From a virus (lineage: Duplodnaviria; Caudoviricetes): DNA of 64,000 bases. Positions within the stretch are counted from its first letter, which is position 1; each line of letters begins with the position of its first letter. Both the position numbers and the translations under genes were made by a program. The stretch lies in IMG/VR virus record IMGVR_UViG_3300046804_003398; one strand, given 5' to 3'. The notes under the pieces were generated by a model. The model was not told the DNA's origin, made no database searches, and saw only the letters and a list, made by a program, of their open reading frames with translations. Shown here piece after piece: positions 17,628-27,514 of the stretch.

Positions 17628-19061
17628 TTAAAATGTTTCATCGACCATAGCAATCGGAACACGACGCCATTCACCGTATGAATATATGTAAAAATAGTTA
17701 CCATCATAGCTTACCCAACCATCTTCACCATAGTCGGAAGATTTGTATGGAACTTGATGATAATACTTATCTGGAAATCGTTGAAATACTCTAAAAGCAG
17801 TGTTTATTGGTCGAACTTCGGTGGAATAAACAGGGTTACCGTTACAGTCAGTTCCACTGATATAAGCCCCACTATTTGGGTCAAAATCAAACACTGCGAT
17901 AGCTCTACGCACCCATCCTAGTGGTTTTCGATATACATAAATAAAATATTCATCGTATGCCAACCAACCATTTTCTCCATAGTCTGATGTCTTTTTTGGA
18001 GGTGGTCTGAACAATACTTTCTCTGTAATTGCTGGTTTGTCGTCTTTTTCAAGGTCTGGTGCTCGTGTTGCAGAGTTGTATTTTACACCCACATTCTTCA
18101 AATAAGAGTATGGATTCTTGATGTTTGACTCTTCAACTTGCGACATTTGTTCACCATTTACAACATAATCAGACACCACAATCTTTCTGGTAGTGAACGT
18201 TTTTTGAGTTGTTGACTTAACACCATCAATAGTTTTTGGCAACAAGTAAGCATTAACAACCAAGTTAAAAGTCGTTTTTACATTTCTGTCTTCACCAGCA
18301 CCCAATTCAACTGTGTTGGTATAATCATCAACTCTGGTTCTGAATCTGAAATCTCCTACGCCCCAATAATCATGTGTAGCAAAATTGATCTTTTCCAACA
18401 ATTTGTTGTTTTGATCAACATAATCAGTCCACAAAATACATTCGTAAGTTATAGTAACATGATCTGGCAACGTAACATTATAGATCTGTTTAGTAGGTTT
18501 GTTCTTGAATGGATTACCCAAATTCAAAATATTGAACTTGTCGTATTTGTTCTTTTGATCAAATTTAGCAACAACTTGATATGACAAATAACGATTCAAT
18601 GTCATCAAATCTTTGTTGTTGCTTACCGTAGCTCTCTTGATCAAAATAGCAGGCAATAGGATTTTACCTTGGTTATCACGTAAAAACCCATCTCTTCTAA
18701 CAGCATTCCATCTTTCTGGACTTGCATACAAAATTGGAACCTTCACCAAAGTTCCGTTGTCCATCACAGTCAAATCAACTCGTTGACTCATGTGATTGAT
18801 TATGGTGGTGTCAACATCCAGAAGAGTTACACTAAAATTCTCAGTCTTGTCTTGATCACGACGAACTGCATTCTCTTTTCTATATGGACCTACCAATGGA
18901 ATTGCCGTATTATCATTAGGCATTGGGACACCAGTATCCTCATTTTGAATGACAGGTCTTCTAATGTCAGACAAGTTTGAATTATCTTGTTTGACGTTAG
19001 GAGCAGGATTGATTCCTTTTCCGTTTTGGCTTTTACCAGTTGGATTACCTTTCCACGACAT
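17628..19061 (-). CDS. gp15: Tail completion/sheath stabiliser (gp15-like) with a duplicated C-terminal motif
   Basis: VPILYASPERW, LPDHVTITYECILWTDYVDQNNKLLE; follows gp13 and gp14. Confidence 0.65.
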   Translation of the reverse strand: MSWKGNPTGKSQNGKGINPAPNVKQDNSNLSDIRRPVIQNEDTGVPMPNDNTAIPLVGPYRKENAVRRDQDKTENFSVTLLDVDTTIINHMSQRVDLTVMDNGTLVKVPILYASPERWNAVRRDGFLRDNQGKILLPAILIKRATVSNNKDLMTLNRYLSYQVVAKFDQKNKYDKFNILNLGNPFKNKPTKQIYNVTLPDHVTITYECILWTDYVDQNNKLLEKINFATHDYWGVGDFRFRTRVDDYTNTVELGAGEDRNVKTTFNLVVNAYLLPKTIDGVKSTTQKTFTTRKIVVSDYVVNGEQMSQVEESNIKNPYSYLKNVGVKYNSATRAPDLEKDDKPAITEKVLFRPPPKKTSDYGENGWLAYDEYFIYVYRKPLGWVRRAIAVFDFDPNSGAYISGTDCNGNPVYSTEVRPINTAFRVFQRFPDKYYHQVPYKSSDYGEDGWVSYDGNYFYIYSYGEWRRVPIAMVDETF

Positions 19062-19064
19062 AAA

Positions 19065-19631
19065 TTATGTTTGTCTTTCTACCACATTCAACTTACTGAG
19101 TCTGCTGTAGTGTGTATTGCAGATAAAACTCCATGATTTATCTGGGTGACCACCTAAAAACTGTTCTTGAATTACGTTGTCAATTTCATAAAAACGTTCA
19201 TTGTATAACAACACATCACCAATTTCTGGGAAGAAACCAGTAACGATACAATCACGTTCACGAAACTTGTATACTACACTTTGATTGCGATCTGGTCCAA
19301 ACCCTTGGTTGTCGTCACCAGTAATATCTTCACGTTGAATCAAAGCGGTCATATTAATTGCTGGATAAAATGCCTTACCAGTCTCAGATGTTGCTTCACC
19401 ATAGATGTTTACTCTGGTTTCAGTCACAGCAACCTTGAACAGTTGAACAACACACTCAATTATATCGCCAACCAATTCTGCGTTGATAGAACTAAGAAAG
19501 TTCATATCACGACTACTAAAATACCTACCAGGCAAATAATTGGTTCCATAGATACCAATGTCTTTACGACCATTGGTCCAGTATTGAGGAAAATTATTCT
19601 GTGGATACTGTGGTGTTACTGGTGCTGCCAT
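19065..19631 (-). CDS. gp14: Neck / head-closure protein (gp14-like)
   Basis: NIYGEA...FGPD...FPEIGDVLLYNERFYEIDNV; position between gp13 and gp15. Confidence 0.7.
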   Translation of the reverse strand: MAAPVTPQYPQNNFPQYWTNGRKDIGIYGTNYLPGRYFSSRDMNFLSSINAELVGDIIECVVQLFKVAVTETRVNIYGEATSETGKAFYPAINMTALIQREDITGDDNQGFGPDRNQSVVYKFRERDCIVTGFFPEIGDVLLYNERFYEIDNVIQEQFLGGHPDKSWSFICNTHYSRLSKLNVVERQT

Positions 19632-19634
19632 AGA

Positions 19635-20870
19635 TTATCCTATATAAATGTGAACTGGAACCTTAGACAACATTTTGTTCATTGCTTCAGATTCTTTTTC
19701 TGTATTCTCCATTTGATTTACTCTCAAAGACTTATCCAACATATCTCTGAGTTTCTCAAGAAGATTAGACATTTCATCCTTAGCTTCAGCACGAAGTTCA
19801 GCACCGTCCAAGGTTACTTCACCACCTGGAATTGGAACTGTGCTATACTTCTGCAAAATACGACCAAGTGTTTCTTTACATAGTGCCAAGAAATACTTTT
19901 TGATCCACTGTTTACCAGCTTGATTGATCTTACAATATTGACAATACTCATACGGCACATCACTTGGATCACTAATGTATTCATATCGTGAACCACTAAA
20001 GAAGTTGGTGATGTTCTTGTCACTTTCAACGTAGTAGTCGATATAGATTCTAAGATCGGTTGTTGGTATTGGGAAAATTCTCAACATGTTGTCACCAGTG
20101 ATTTGGAAACCGTAGTGACTCTTACGAACCATGTCGTTGAACTCAATTGCTTGAACACGTTCCAAATCTTCGAAGATTGGAGTCATCAAGAATTGTGTTG
20201 CTGGACTGTAAGCACTGAATCCCATTTCGCTCAAAACGTTACTATAACTCATACCAGTCATACTGAATGGGTCATAAATACGTGCGATTGCTGGTGGTCT
20301 AAAATGGAACACTCTACGAACTTCAATGCGTGATCCAGTAAGATGTTCAATTTGATTACCAATAATTTGATTCAAGTCAAATACTTGGTGACTGTCTTGT
20401 GGACCACCAAAACTTGCAGATCCAGTTGCCAAGAATGATGCTCTCTTTAACTCTACTTCACCACCAACCAATGCTTCACTACCATATTGTTTGCTTAGTT
20501 GGACGATAAATGGTATACCGCTACCCTTGACACTAAGACCCGTTAGGTTTTGATATTGATCTTGTGGCAAACCTTGAACGTTAACCAAATTGTTTACGAT
20601 GTTGAATTCGTTGATTACACGATTATATTCCAACACAGCTTCTTCAAAACATGCGTAAAAGTTGACATCGATCATTTCAATGTCAACGATTGGGTAACCT
20701 AAACGTTTTGCTGCCCACATCGCACTACCACTACAATCGTTCTCAAACGTTGTTTCTGCGACAGAACAGTTGGTTTCGTCAAGATAATAACCAAAGGGAA
20801 CACTCGCAGTAGTAACCGCACTACCTGATCCTGGCCACCTTACTCTATCTTGGTCTAAATTAGCACTCAT
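19635..20870 (-). CDS. gp13: Neck protein (gp13-like)
   Basis: KRLGYPIVDIE, WIKKYFLALCKETLGRILQKY...GGEVTLDGAELRAEA. Confidence 0.8.
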   Translation of the reverse strand: MSANLDQDRVRWPGSGSAVTTASVPFGYYLDETNCSVAETTFENDCSGSAMWAAKRLGYPIVDIEMIDVNFYACFEEAVLEYNRVINEFNIVNNLVNVQGLPQDQYQNLTGLSVKGSGIPFIVQLSKQYGSEALVGGEVELKRASFLATGSASFGGPQDSHQVFDLNQIIGNQIEHLTGSRIEVRRVFHFRPPAIARIYDPFSMTGMSYSNVLSEMGFSAYSPATQFLMTPIFEDLERVQAIEFNDMVRKSHYGFQITGDNMLRIFPIPTTDLRIYIDYYVESDKNITNFFSGSRYEYISDPSDVPYEYCQYCKINQAGKQWIKKYFLALCKETLGRILQKYSTVPIPGGEVTLDGAELRAEAKDEMSNLLEKLRDMLDKSLRVNQMENTEKESEAMNKMLSKVPVHIYIG

Positions 20871-20915
20871 TAAATATAAATATCGGAATCTTCGATATTA
20901 GTGCTAAAATCTACT

Positions 20916-21455
20916 CTATACCAAATTATTACCTTCAAACTTTCGTGGACCACTTAAATCCACAATTTTATACTTAATTGGCATATCTTTTATAGTAGCA
21001 TAAACAGCCTTTATGTTCTTGGGACTGTCATCAATAAAAAAGATATCGTTGTAACCCTCATTTTCAATTTTATCCTTGATCCAGTTAGCCTTAGCCATAG
21101 GATCACTAGTTCCAACGGTCACAATAGGTATATTGACTTTAAAATACCTCTGGAGAACGTTTTGTATGTGAGGCTGACTCTCTGGACCTCTTGCAGTCAA
21201 AACGACGGCAAGACGACCATCTGACCCCGCACTGACTATCTTATAAAACCTCTTGGCTACATTACGAATAACTACTGGATCTATAACTGAACTAAACTCT
21301 GAAAAATCAAATTTGTCACCGGGTTGTTGAGTATACACCGCATATTGTGCGGGAGTTAATTTGACAACTGAACCATCTGATTTGGTCAATATTACCTTAC
21401 CACCAGTTTCAAAAAGTGTGTCATCAAAATCAAATACTCTTAGTTTCTTGGTCAT
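20916..21455 (-). CDS. HAD-superfamily phosphatase
   Basis: VFDFDDTLF, VLTAR, FFIDDSPKN. Confidence 0.8.
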   Translation of the reverse strand: MTKKLRVFDFDDTLFETGGKVILTKSDGSVVKLTPAQYAVYTQQPGDKFDFSEFSSVIDPVVIRNVAKRFYKIVSAGSDGRLAVVLTARGPESQPHIQNVLQRYFKVNIPIVTVGTSDPMAKANWIKDKIENEGYNDIFFIDDSPKNIKAVYATIKDMPIKYKIVDLSGPRKFEGNNLV

Positions 21456-21583
21456 AGGAATGATTGCGCAATCAACTTATAGTCAGAAACATGTGGTTTT
21501 GGCTGTGCTTTTTTAACAGCATCCTCCTTCAGTTTCTTTGCCTTAAGAACCTTCTGAAGAGTGTTTTTTACTTTCTCATTCAT
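21452..21583 (-). CDS. Small basic hypothetical protein (43 aa)
   Basis: Manual translation MNEKVKNTLQKVLKAKKLKEDAVKKAQPKPHVSDYKLIAQSFL*; fills the gap and overlaps both neighbours. Confidence 0.55.
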   Translation of the reverse strand: MNEKVKNTLQKVLKAKKLKEDAVKKAQPKPHVSDYKLIAQSFL

Positions 21584-21845
21584 ACATTTTTGTAATTTTG
21601 ACCACAAGTTTTCCAGAGCCTTTTATGACTCTGTGATACGTTTCTTTAGGTATAAATATTGAACCCTCCATCAAACACGGAAGATTATTATCCAATTGAA
21701 CCTCCCAACCACCATTATTCTCTACAACCTCAACCAAACGGTTTTCTTTGTCCAAATGCCACTCTAATTCATGACTATCTATATTGGATTCAAACTCACG
21801 AATATACTGATTATTCCCCAGACTTGTCTCTGTATAAGGCATCAT
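21576..21845 (-). CDS. Small cupin-like protein
   Basis: ELEWHLD...IFIPKETYHRVIKG, a two-His cupin pattern. Confidence 0.55.
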   Translation of the reverse strand: MMPYTETSLGNNQYIREFESNIDSHELEWHLDKENRLVEVVENNGGWEVQLDNNLPCLMEGSIFIPKETYHRVIKGSGKLVVKITKMYE

Positions 21846-22639
21846 ACATTTCTAGGACGCATTGGTTCTATTGTCCTCAGATGTAAATCATCGTCATCAG
21901 ATTGTTCTACACTGTCTACTTTCTTTACATTTTTATAGTAATTTTCAATCCACTTTCTACCGATTGGATTTTTTATAGGACTCTTCAAAAAGTCAATCAC
22001 ACTTCTCAAAACACCTCTATCAATTGGTTCATTGTTCTTTGTTCGATCAACTATTCTAAAGTTGTTACGAAATATGTTTTGAAAATGACCCAAATTATTT
22101 TGACAGCTAAACCACATCTGTGATAACAAATCCTCTGGTATCTTACGAGATCTCTTCGCATTACGTTCCATTGCAACTTGTAAACTAGTGTTGACAAATA
22201 TCATGTAACAATCATATCCATGTTGTTCCATAACACGTTTCTTGATTTGTATTGATTCTATACTATCACCAGTTCCATCTATGATAAGTCCTAATTTAGC
22301 CTTTCTATACATGTCTAGTTTTTTTCTTGTGATTCGTTTTGCTTTTTCTCTAGTAGATTGGGGACCAACAGTCAATCGTTCAAACTCTTCTGGACTCAAT
22401 TTACTAAAGTCTGTAGATATGTTCATATTATGAAGCATCTTCTCAAACTCGTTATCACTATTGATTACCTTCAAACCATATCGATTTACAGATGAATTGG
22501 AAGGCAAATCAAATAACTCAGTAGCTACAGTGCTTTTTCCACTACCAGGCCCACCAGCCATAAATATACACTTGAGAGTTGATGGATCATCGACACCCTC
22601 GGTCAATCTATGCTTTTTTAGTAGTTCAAGTAAATTCAT
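21842..22639 (-). CDS. P-loop kinase (zeta-toxin/AAA_33-like)
   Basis: IFMAGGPGSGKS, LIIDGTG, MIFVNTSLQVAMERNAKR. Confidence 0.8.
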   Translation of the reverse strand: MNLLELLKKHRLTEGVDDPSTLKCIFMAGGPGSGKSTVATELFDLPSNSSVNRYGLKVINSDNEFEKMLHNMNISTDFSKLSPEEFERLTVGPQSTREKAKRITRKKLDMYRKAKLGLIIDGTGDSIESIQIKKRVMEQHGYDCYMIFVNTSLQVAMERNAKRSRKIPEDLLSQMWFSCQNNLGHFQNIFRNNFRIVDRTKNNEPIDRGVLRSVIDFLKSPIKNPIGRKWIENYYKNVKKVDSVEQSDDDDLHLRTIEPMRPRNV

Positions 22640-23631
22640 AATGATTTGATATAAATATCAGTGTCTCTCTTCAATTCATCCTCTGGCACATTATCCAAAT
22701 TATCACCATACTTCTGTAACCAATATTGTTTGATTTTACCTAACATTGGTCCTGGCTTTACATTGAAGTTTTGCATGATCCAATCACCACCATATTTAGA
22801 TTTAACTGGGGTAAATGATTCAATCTCTTTTTGTTTATCCAACAACATCTGATACTTGTCTGGAAACAACCGCTTCAAGAAATAGTCTGGGTCACTAATC
22901 TGTTTGTGTTTATTCAAACCAATCAATGACTTTCTAATATAATCAGCACTAGGTCTACCAGCTCTAACTCTCTTTCTATCACTATGATTCATAGTTTGAC
23001 CCTTATAGTCATCGCTATCAAACATAGGACTACTACTGATAAACTTAACTACATCATCATTGTTTTGTATACTATCGTAATCACCCAATACATCACCATA
23101 ACCAAGTATCTTCAAACCATCTTTTAGATTCTTAGTAATTAGTATATCGTGATGTCTACCACTCTTATCTACATAAATCTTTTGAAAGCCTGTAGTAGCA
23201 TACTTGTAACCATTTTGTCTAGCCATTACCCCAAGTATTCCACTCAAGTCTCCCAGAGCCAAATACATTCTTTGTGCTTCAAAGTCTTCATCATTATCTG
23301 AATGTATAAAATCTATATGAACATTCTTGCCTGTATTGCTTTTATACAACACACTATAAATGTTACCGTTACGACTGTAATCCAATACTTTCTCACCCAA
23401 TTGTGATTTTAGAGTATTAGCTACATCACCACCACCAGATACAACCACATCAATATCACCGTGGTCTGCTTTAGATGGTAATGCTTTGCTTAATTCAAAC
23501 TTATTGAATTTGTTATTCAACAAGTTTTTAAGCTCGTCAAAGATACTATTCATTTCAGCGGTAGACACTCTACTGGCTCTAGTGCCAAAGAGTTTACCAC
23601 CTTCAACTAATAGATCCATCAATTTGATCAT
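22636..23631 (-). CDS. Pol-beta-superfamily nucleotidyltransferase with a CCA-enzyme-like C-terminal tail
   Basis: KADHGDIDVVV, VHIDFI; C-terminal YGGDWIMQNFNVKPGPMLGKI. Confidence 0.65.
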   Translation of the reverse strand: MIKLMDLLVEGGKLFGTRASRVSTAEMNSIFDELKNLLNNKFNKFELSKALPSKADHGDIDVVVSGGGDVANTLKSQLGEKVLDYSRNGNIYSVLYKSNTGKNVHIDFIHSDNDEDFEAQRMYLALGDLSGILGVMARQNGYKYATTGFQKIYVDKSGRHHDILITKNLKDGLKILGYGDVLGDYDSIQNNDDVVKFISSSPMFDSDDYKGQTMNHSDRKRVRAGRPSADYIRKSLIGLNKHKQISDPDYFLKRLFPDKYQMLLDKQKEIESFTPVKSKYGGDWIMQNFNVKPGPMLGKIKQYWLQKYGDNLDNVPEDELKRDTDIYIKSL

Positions 23632-24131
23632 AGAGGATTGTATGTCTTTTCAAACTCAACTTTAGCAATACGATAATAACCAGTATTAGCTGGATCTTTT
23701 ACCAAATAATCACCAGGCTTGATAATCATATCTTCTCCCCACGGAGCTTTAAATGTTACTGGTTCGCCTGTATACAAAGCAACTTGTCTTGGAGATTGTT
23801 CTGGATAAATATCTCCACCAACATTACCAGTATATAACTTAGGTAACTTAACTGCCTTGATTACATAATTCTCACCAGTAGCACCACTAAAAATAATATC
23901 GCCGACCTCAGCAGTGTTTTGTGTTTCTTTACCATCTGTAGTTGTAGTAACCACTGGTTGTTGAATTGTTGACTTGGTATATGTCATTGGAGGCATAGAA
24001 CCTGGTTTACCATCTTCAACGTATTTATAAACCAACTTTTGTTTGGTTACTGGCTTAAATGCTAATGTGGATGCAATTTGATTGATATCTGCATTAGCAA
24101 CTTCACTGAGAATGTCTTTTAGTTTAATCAT
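23628..24131 (-). CDS. PGDYG-like hypothetical protein
   Basis: AEVGDIIFSGATGENY and IIKPGDYLV repeat pattern. Confidence 0.55.
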   Translation of the reverse strand: MIKLKDILSEVANADINQIASTLAFKPVTKQKLVYKYVEDGKPGSMPPMTYTKSTIQQPVVTTTTDGKETQNTAEVGDIIFSGATGENYVIKAVKLPKLYTGNVGGDIYPEQSPRQVALYTGEPVTFKAPWGEDMIIKPGDYLVKDPANTGYYRIAKVEFEKTYNPL

Positions 24132-24661
24132 AGGTTTATAAAGTATTTGCCTTTTGGCCCACTATACTTGAATCTGGTAATTGGTAAAGATATATTTAGA
24201 TTGTCTTTGATGTGTGGAAAGCTACCCTTCTTCACATAAGCTAATGTCATATGGGGTTTGTAGTCTGGGTAACCGTCAGTATTTGGATAACCATCACATC
24301 TACGTCTCAATTCAGTTAAGATAGGACTCTTTTCAACTTCAAACTTAACCACATCAAATTTATCATTTTCAAACAAATTGAGTGCTTTCAATACCACATT
24401 AAATGGCTTTACACCTTGAAGGATTCTAGCAACATCGGGTCTACCAATATCTGGTTCAAATCCATACTTGAGAGTCACATGAGGTTCTTCATCGTAACCA
24501 TATGTAGGATCATTAGGATCAGTATATAGTATTTGTGGTGGTATTGCGGTTCTACCAAGTCTAATTACATGTGGTCCATAAGTAGGACTTACATGTGCCA
24601 TTAAACAACCCTTTTCAACGTGTCTATTTTCTACGAGTAACATATTTTCTAATAATTTCAC
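24128..24661 (-). CDS. acb1: 2H phosphoesterase, Acb1 / T4 gp57B-like
   Basis: Two HxT motifs in context: GYDEEPHVTLKYG and DYKPHMTLAYVKKG. Confidence 0.7.
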   Translation of the reverse strand: MKLLENMLLVENRHVEKGCLMAHVSPTYGPHVIRLGRTAIPPQILYTDPNDPTYGYDEEPHVTLKYGFEPDIGRPDVARILQGVKPFNVVLKALNLFENDKFDVVKFEVEKSPILTELRRRCDGYPNTDGYPDYKPHMTLAYVKKGSFPHIKDNLNISLPITRFKYSGPKGKYFINL

Positions 24662-25901
24662 GAATCAAATGTTCTTTCTTTACCAATTGGTCCAAAGGCA
24701 CACCTCTATACTTTTGTCTTAGTTGCGCAATTGGCATACCATATTGTTTTTCAGCTTGAGCAATCAGATTGTATCTATCTTGTTTCTCTTTTTCTAAAGA
24801 TGCCAATTTACGAGCAACTACAGTAGCAACAGTATTCTTAATGTTATCATTATAATACTTCTCACCCGATACCAAAAGATCATTCAATATTTTAATTTCT
24901 ACTTCTAACCCATTTACTTCTTTTTCTAAATTATCCTTTTCAGCAGGCGTGAGTTTCGCTCCTGTTGTATGAAGTTTTCCTCTTTTTTCAATAAACTCTT
25001 GTGTCTTATCATCAATTACTTTTTCCAAACTAGGTTGTTGTTGTATTTTCGTAAGACCCCAAGAAGGATAATCAAATTCACTACCAACCGGTGTATTGGA
25101 CAAATCACTATCAGTTACCTTTATTGATACATTATTACCTTTAATAGCGGTAACATCAGCTCTTATACCTAGTCCTAGGATTTTTATTTTGTCACCTACT
25201 TTGAATTCAACATCTGCTTTATCGGTAACAGATGGTTTAGGTGCGGCCGGAGGAGTTTCTTTCTTAGGTTCTTCTTTATCATACATTTGATCGTATGACA
25301 TCATCTTGCTACCAGTTTCATACAAACACTCAGTTGGATTATATCCATTAAACTCTATGACTTTTTCATATTGATCTTTGTATGGAATTACCTTATCTTT
25401 ATTATAATCCCAGAATGTTACAATGATAGCTTTACCACTCGGGATTGTGCTTTCAATTTGAAGATCCAAATTTTCTGGCGGTTTACCATCTGTATTGTCT
25501 ACCTCAAAGATTCTACCTTTCATGATAGGATCTGAATATGCGCCCATTCTACCCAATCCCTTTAGAATATTTTCCAAATCCAAATGACCACCACCATTAT
25601 TACTAGCCTTTAATCGTTTGATACCTTTTTGGGCCCAATAATCCAATTGTTCTCTCTTATTAGAATCATACTTTATTTCCGGAGCGTCTTCTAATTCTTT
25701 GATTTCTTTTAATACATCACTATCATCTGAGTAAAATTCTTTCTTGTTGTCGCTATATCCAAATATTGACTTTTTACCACTCTTGTCGTCTTTATAAACA
25801 AAAAAAGCACATCTGTTGGCCGGAGAAGTGTAGTTATACAACTTTCTCTTGTAACTAACAGTGTCAGGATTTTCCACCAAAATATCAATTAATTTAACCA
25901 T
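24624..25901 (-). CDS. Hypothetical protein with a KOW/SH3-like segment and coiled coil
   Basis: 425-aa ORF; FKVGDKIKILG...; N-terminus MVKLIDILVE. Confidence 0.6.
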   Translation of the reverse strand: MVKLIDILVENPDTVSYKRKLYNYTSPANRCAFFVYKDDKSGKKSIFGYSDNKKEFYSDDSDVLKEIKELEDAPEIKYDSNKREQLDYWAQKGIKRLKASNNGGGHLDLENILKGLGRMGAYSDPIMKGRIFEVDNTDGKPPENLDLQIESTIPSGKAIIVTFWDYNKDKVIPYKDQYEKVIEFNGYNPTECLYETGSKMMSYDQMYDKEEPKKETPPAAPKPSVTDKADVEFKVGDKIKILGLGIRADVTAIKGNNVSIKVTDSDLSNTPVGSEFDYPSWGLTKIQQQPSLEKVIDDKTQEFIEKRGKLHTTGAKLTPAEKDNLEKEVNGLEVEIKILNDLLVSGEKYYNDNIKNTVATVVARKLASLEKEKQDRYNLIAQAEKQYGMPIAQLRQKYRGVPLDQLVKKEHLIREIIRKYVTRRK

Positions 25902-25906
25902 AAATT

Positions 25907-26509
25907 TTACCAGTATTTTCCTTTACCCTTGTTTCCTAAACTACGAATACGATGACTACGACAACTCCAGTAACCAGCTGTAGTTCTATCTTTCTTTTGA
26001 CTACATCTGTGACGTGCAGCAAAACTCTTACGACGAGCCTTGTTACCAGCTCTACTTCTCATATTTGGATCACCAAAAGTTACCTTCTTCACATTGCCGT
26101 TTTTTGATTTGACATACACGGCGTATTTCTTAGGACCGCCTGGAGTTCTGAATGGTCTATTGAGATGAACAGTGCGACCTCTGTGTTTCAACTCCATGAT
26201 CAAATCTTCTTCGACTTCAATAGGAGCATCCAAATAAACTTCTCGACCTTCAAATACTTCCTTCTTACCAAGATCACTTTCCACCAATTCAGCATCCGCA
26301 TCACACAACTCTATTAGGTTGTCATAATACAATTTACGAACTTCATCAATCAACTCAAAGTAAGACTCACTGTAGGTTCGAAAAATGTTCTCACTGAGAG
26401 ATATATTCTTTGACAAATGATATCGTAAATTTGAACTTGTTTCTACTTCTTCCAACAAGTTCATTGAGCAAAGCGAGTCGCTCTCTATAAGGTCGTTAAG
26501 CTTGATCAT
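25907..26509 (-). CDS. Conserved-looking phage hypothetical protein with a basic C-terminus
   Basis: RTPGGPKKYAVYVK...VTFGDPNM...RKSFAARHRC...AGYWSC. Confidence 0.65.
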   Translation of the reverse strand: MIKLNDLIESDSLCSMNLLEEVETSSNLRYHLSKNISLSENIFRTYSESYFELIDEVRKLYYDNLIELCDADAELVESDLGKKEVFEGREVYLDAPIEVEEDLIMELKHRGRTVHLNRPFRTPGGPKKYAVYVKSKNGNVKKVTFGDPNMRSRAGNKARRKSFAARHRCSQKKDRTTAGYWSCRSHRIRSLGNKGKGKYW

Positions 26510-26521
26510 ATGATATAAATA

Positions 26522-27448
26522 TTATCCGTATTTGTTTATCGTTTTTAATTCGTTAATCAATATCTTTTCCTCAGCATCCAAGTTCTTATCCAATTCAACA
26601 AACACATCATCCAACGACATCTTGGTATTTGAACGTTTTTGAATAGTCTTTAAACTTTCAAGAGTATCAACCACAGTATCCAATGTGTTCTTATGTCTAT
26701 TGAATGTCGGTAATTCTATGTGGTTACTAAATTGAACTGCTTTTGGAGCAACACCTTTGAGAAGATTGATGATCGAAGCAACAATATGTTCAAAAATACC
26801 AAATATAGCTCCAGCAATTGGGTTTGTTGCTGCCAAAAATCTCAATACCATAAAACATATCAAGAATATCAATATGCCAGTTACACCGATAGTAACAAAT
26901 CGTTTTAGACCATACATCACACCACCAAGTCCCATCCAACTATTTACTTCATCAACGGTCACTTGCAAGGCATCAGCCTTCTTTGCAACTTGTGTTGCTT
27001 GGGTTTCAAGACCCTTTATTTGTTCTTCATAAACATCCTCAATTTCCTTCTGTTTAACTTGAAGTGCTAAAATTTCTTCGTCTCTTTGTTTTAGAAGTTT
27101 ACTACCCTTGTCTTTTTCCTTTTGAACTTCACTATTCAAAAGATCTGTAAGTTCCTTAATTTTGTTCAACTCGTCGATATTAGGGTTGCCAGTAATGTTC
27201 AATACCCTATTGTTAAAGTCTATAGCAGTCTTGACTTGAACTGGAGGATTGGTAACTGCCTTCAACGAGTAATCAGTTCCAGATGCTAACGTAGCTACTT
27301 GCTGTAATTTCTCACCTTCGTTTTTTGCCAATTCAACTCGGGTCTCCGCAAGAACATCTTTTGTCTTTTGAACTTTTTCTACATTGGACGTTTTGCATCC
27401 TCCGACCAATAAAAAAGAAGCCAAAAATAGTGTAAATAGTTTTCTCAT
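26522..27448 (-). CDS. Lipoprotein with coiled coil and transmembrane segment(s); spanin candidate
   Basis: MRKLFTLFLASFLLVGGC lipobox; long heptad region; hydrophobic FVTIGVTGILIFLICFMVL. Confidence 0.6.
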   Translation of the reverse strand: MRKLFTLFLASFLLVGGCKTSNVEKVQKTKDVLAETRVELAKNEGEKLQQVATLASGTDYSLKAVTNPPVQVKTAIDFNNRVLNITGNPNIDELNKIKELTDLLNSEVQKEKDKGSKLLKQRDEEILALQVKQKEIEDVYEEQIKGLETQATQVAKKADALQVTVDEVNSWMGLGGVMYGLKRFVTIGVTGILIFLICFMVLRFLAATNPIAGAIFGIFEHIVASIINLLKGVAPKAVQFSNHIELPTFNRHKNTLDTVVDTLESLKTIQKRSNTKMSLDDVFVELDKNLDAEEKILINELKTINKYG

Positions 27449-27479
27449 ACCTATAAATATTGAATCGGTATATAAAAAC

Positions 27480-27508
27480 TTGTGTATTTCACCACACTCA
27501 TTTATGAT
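27480..27508 (+). promoter_or_regulatory. Sigma70-like promoter for the mom-like gene (leaderless geometry)
   Basis: TTGTGT, 17-nt spacer, TATGAT, then 6 nt to ATG 27515. Confidence 0.45.
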
Positions 27509-27514
27509 ATTAAC

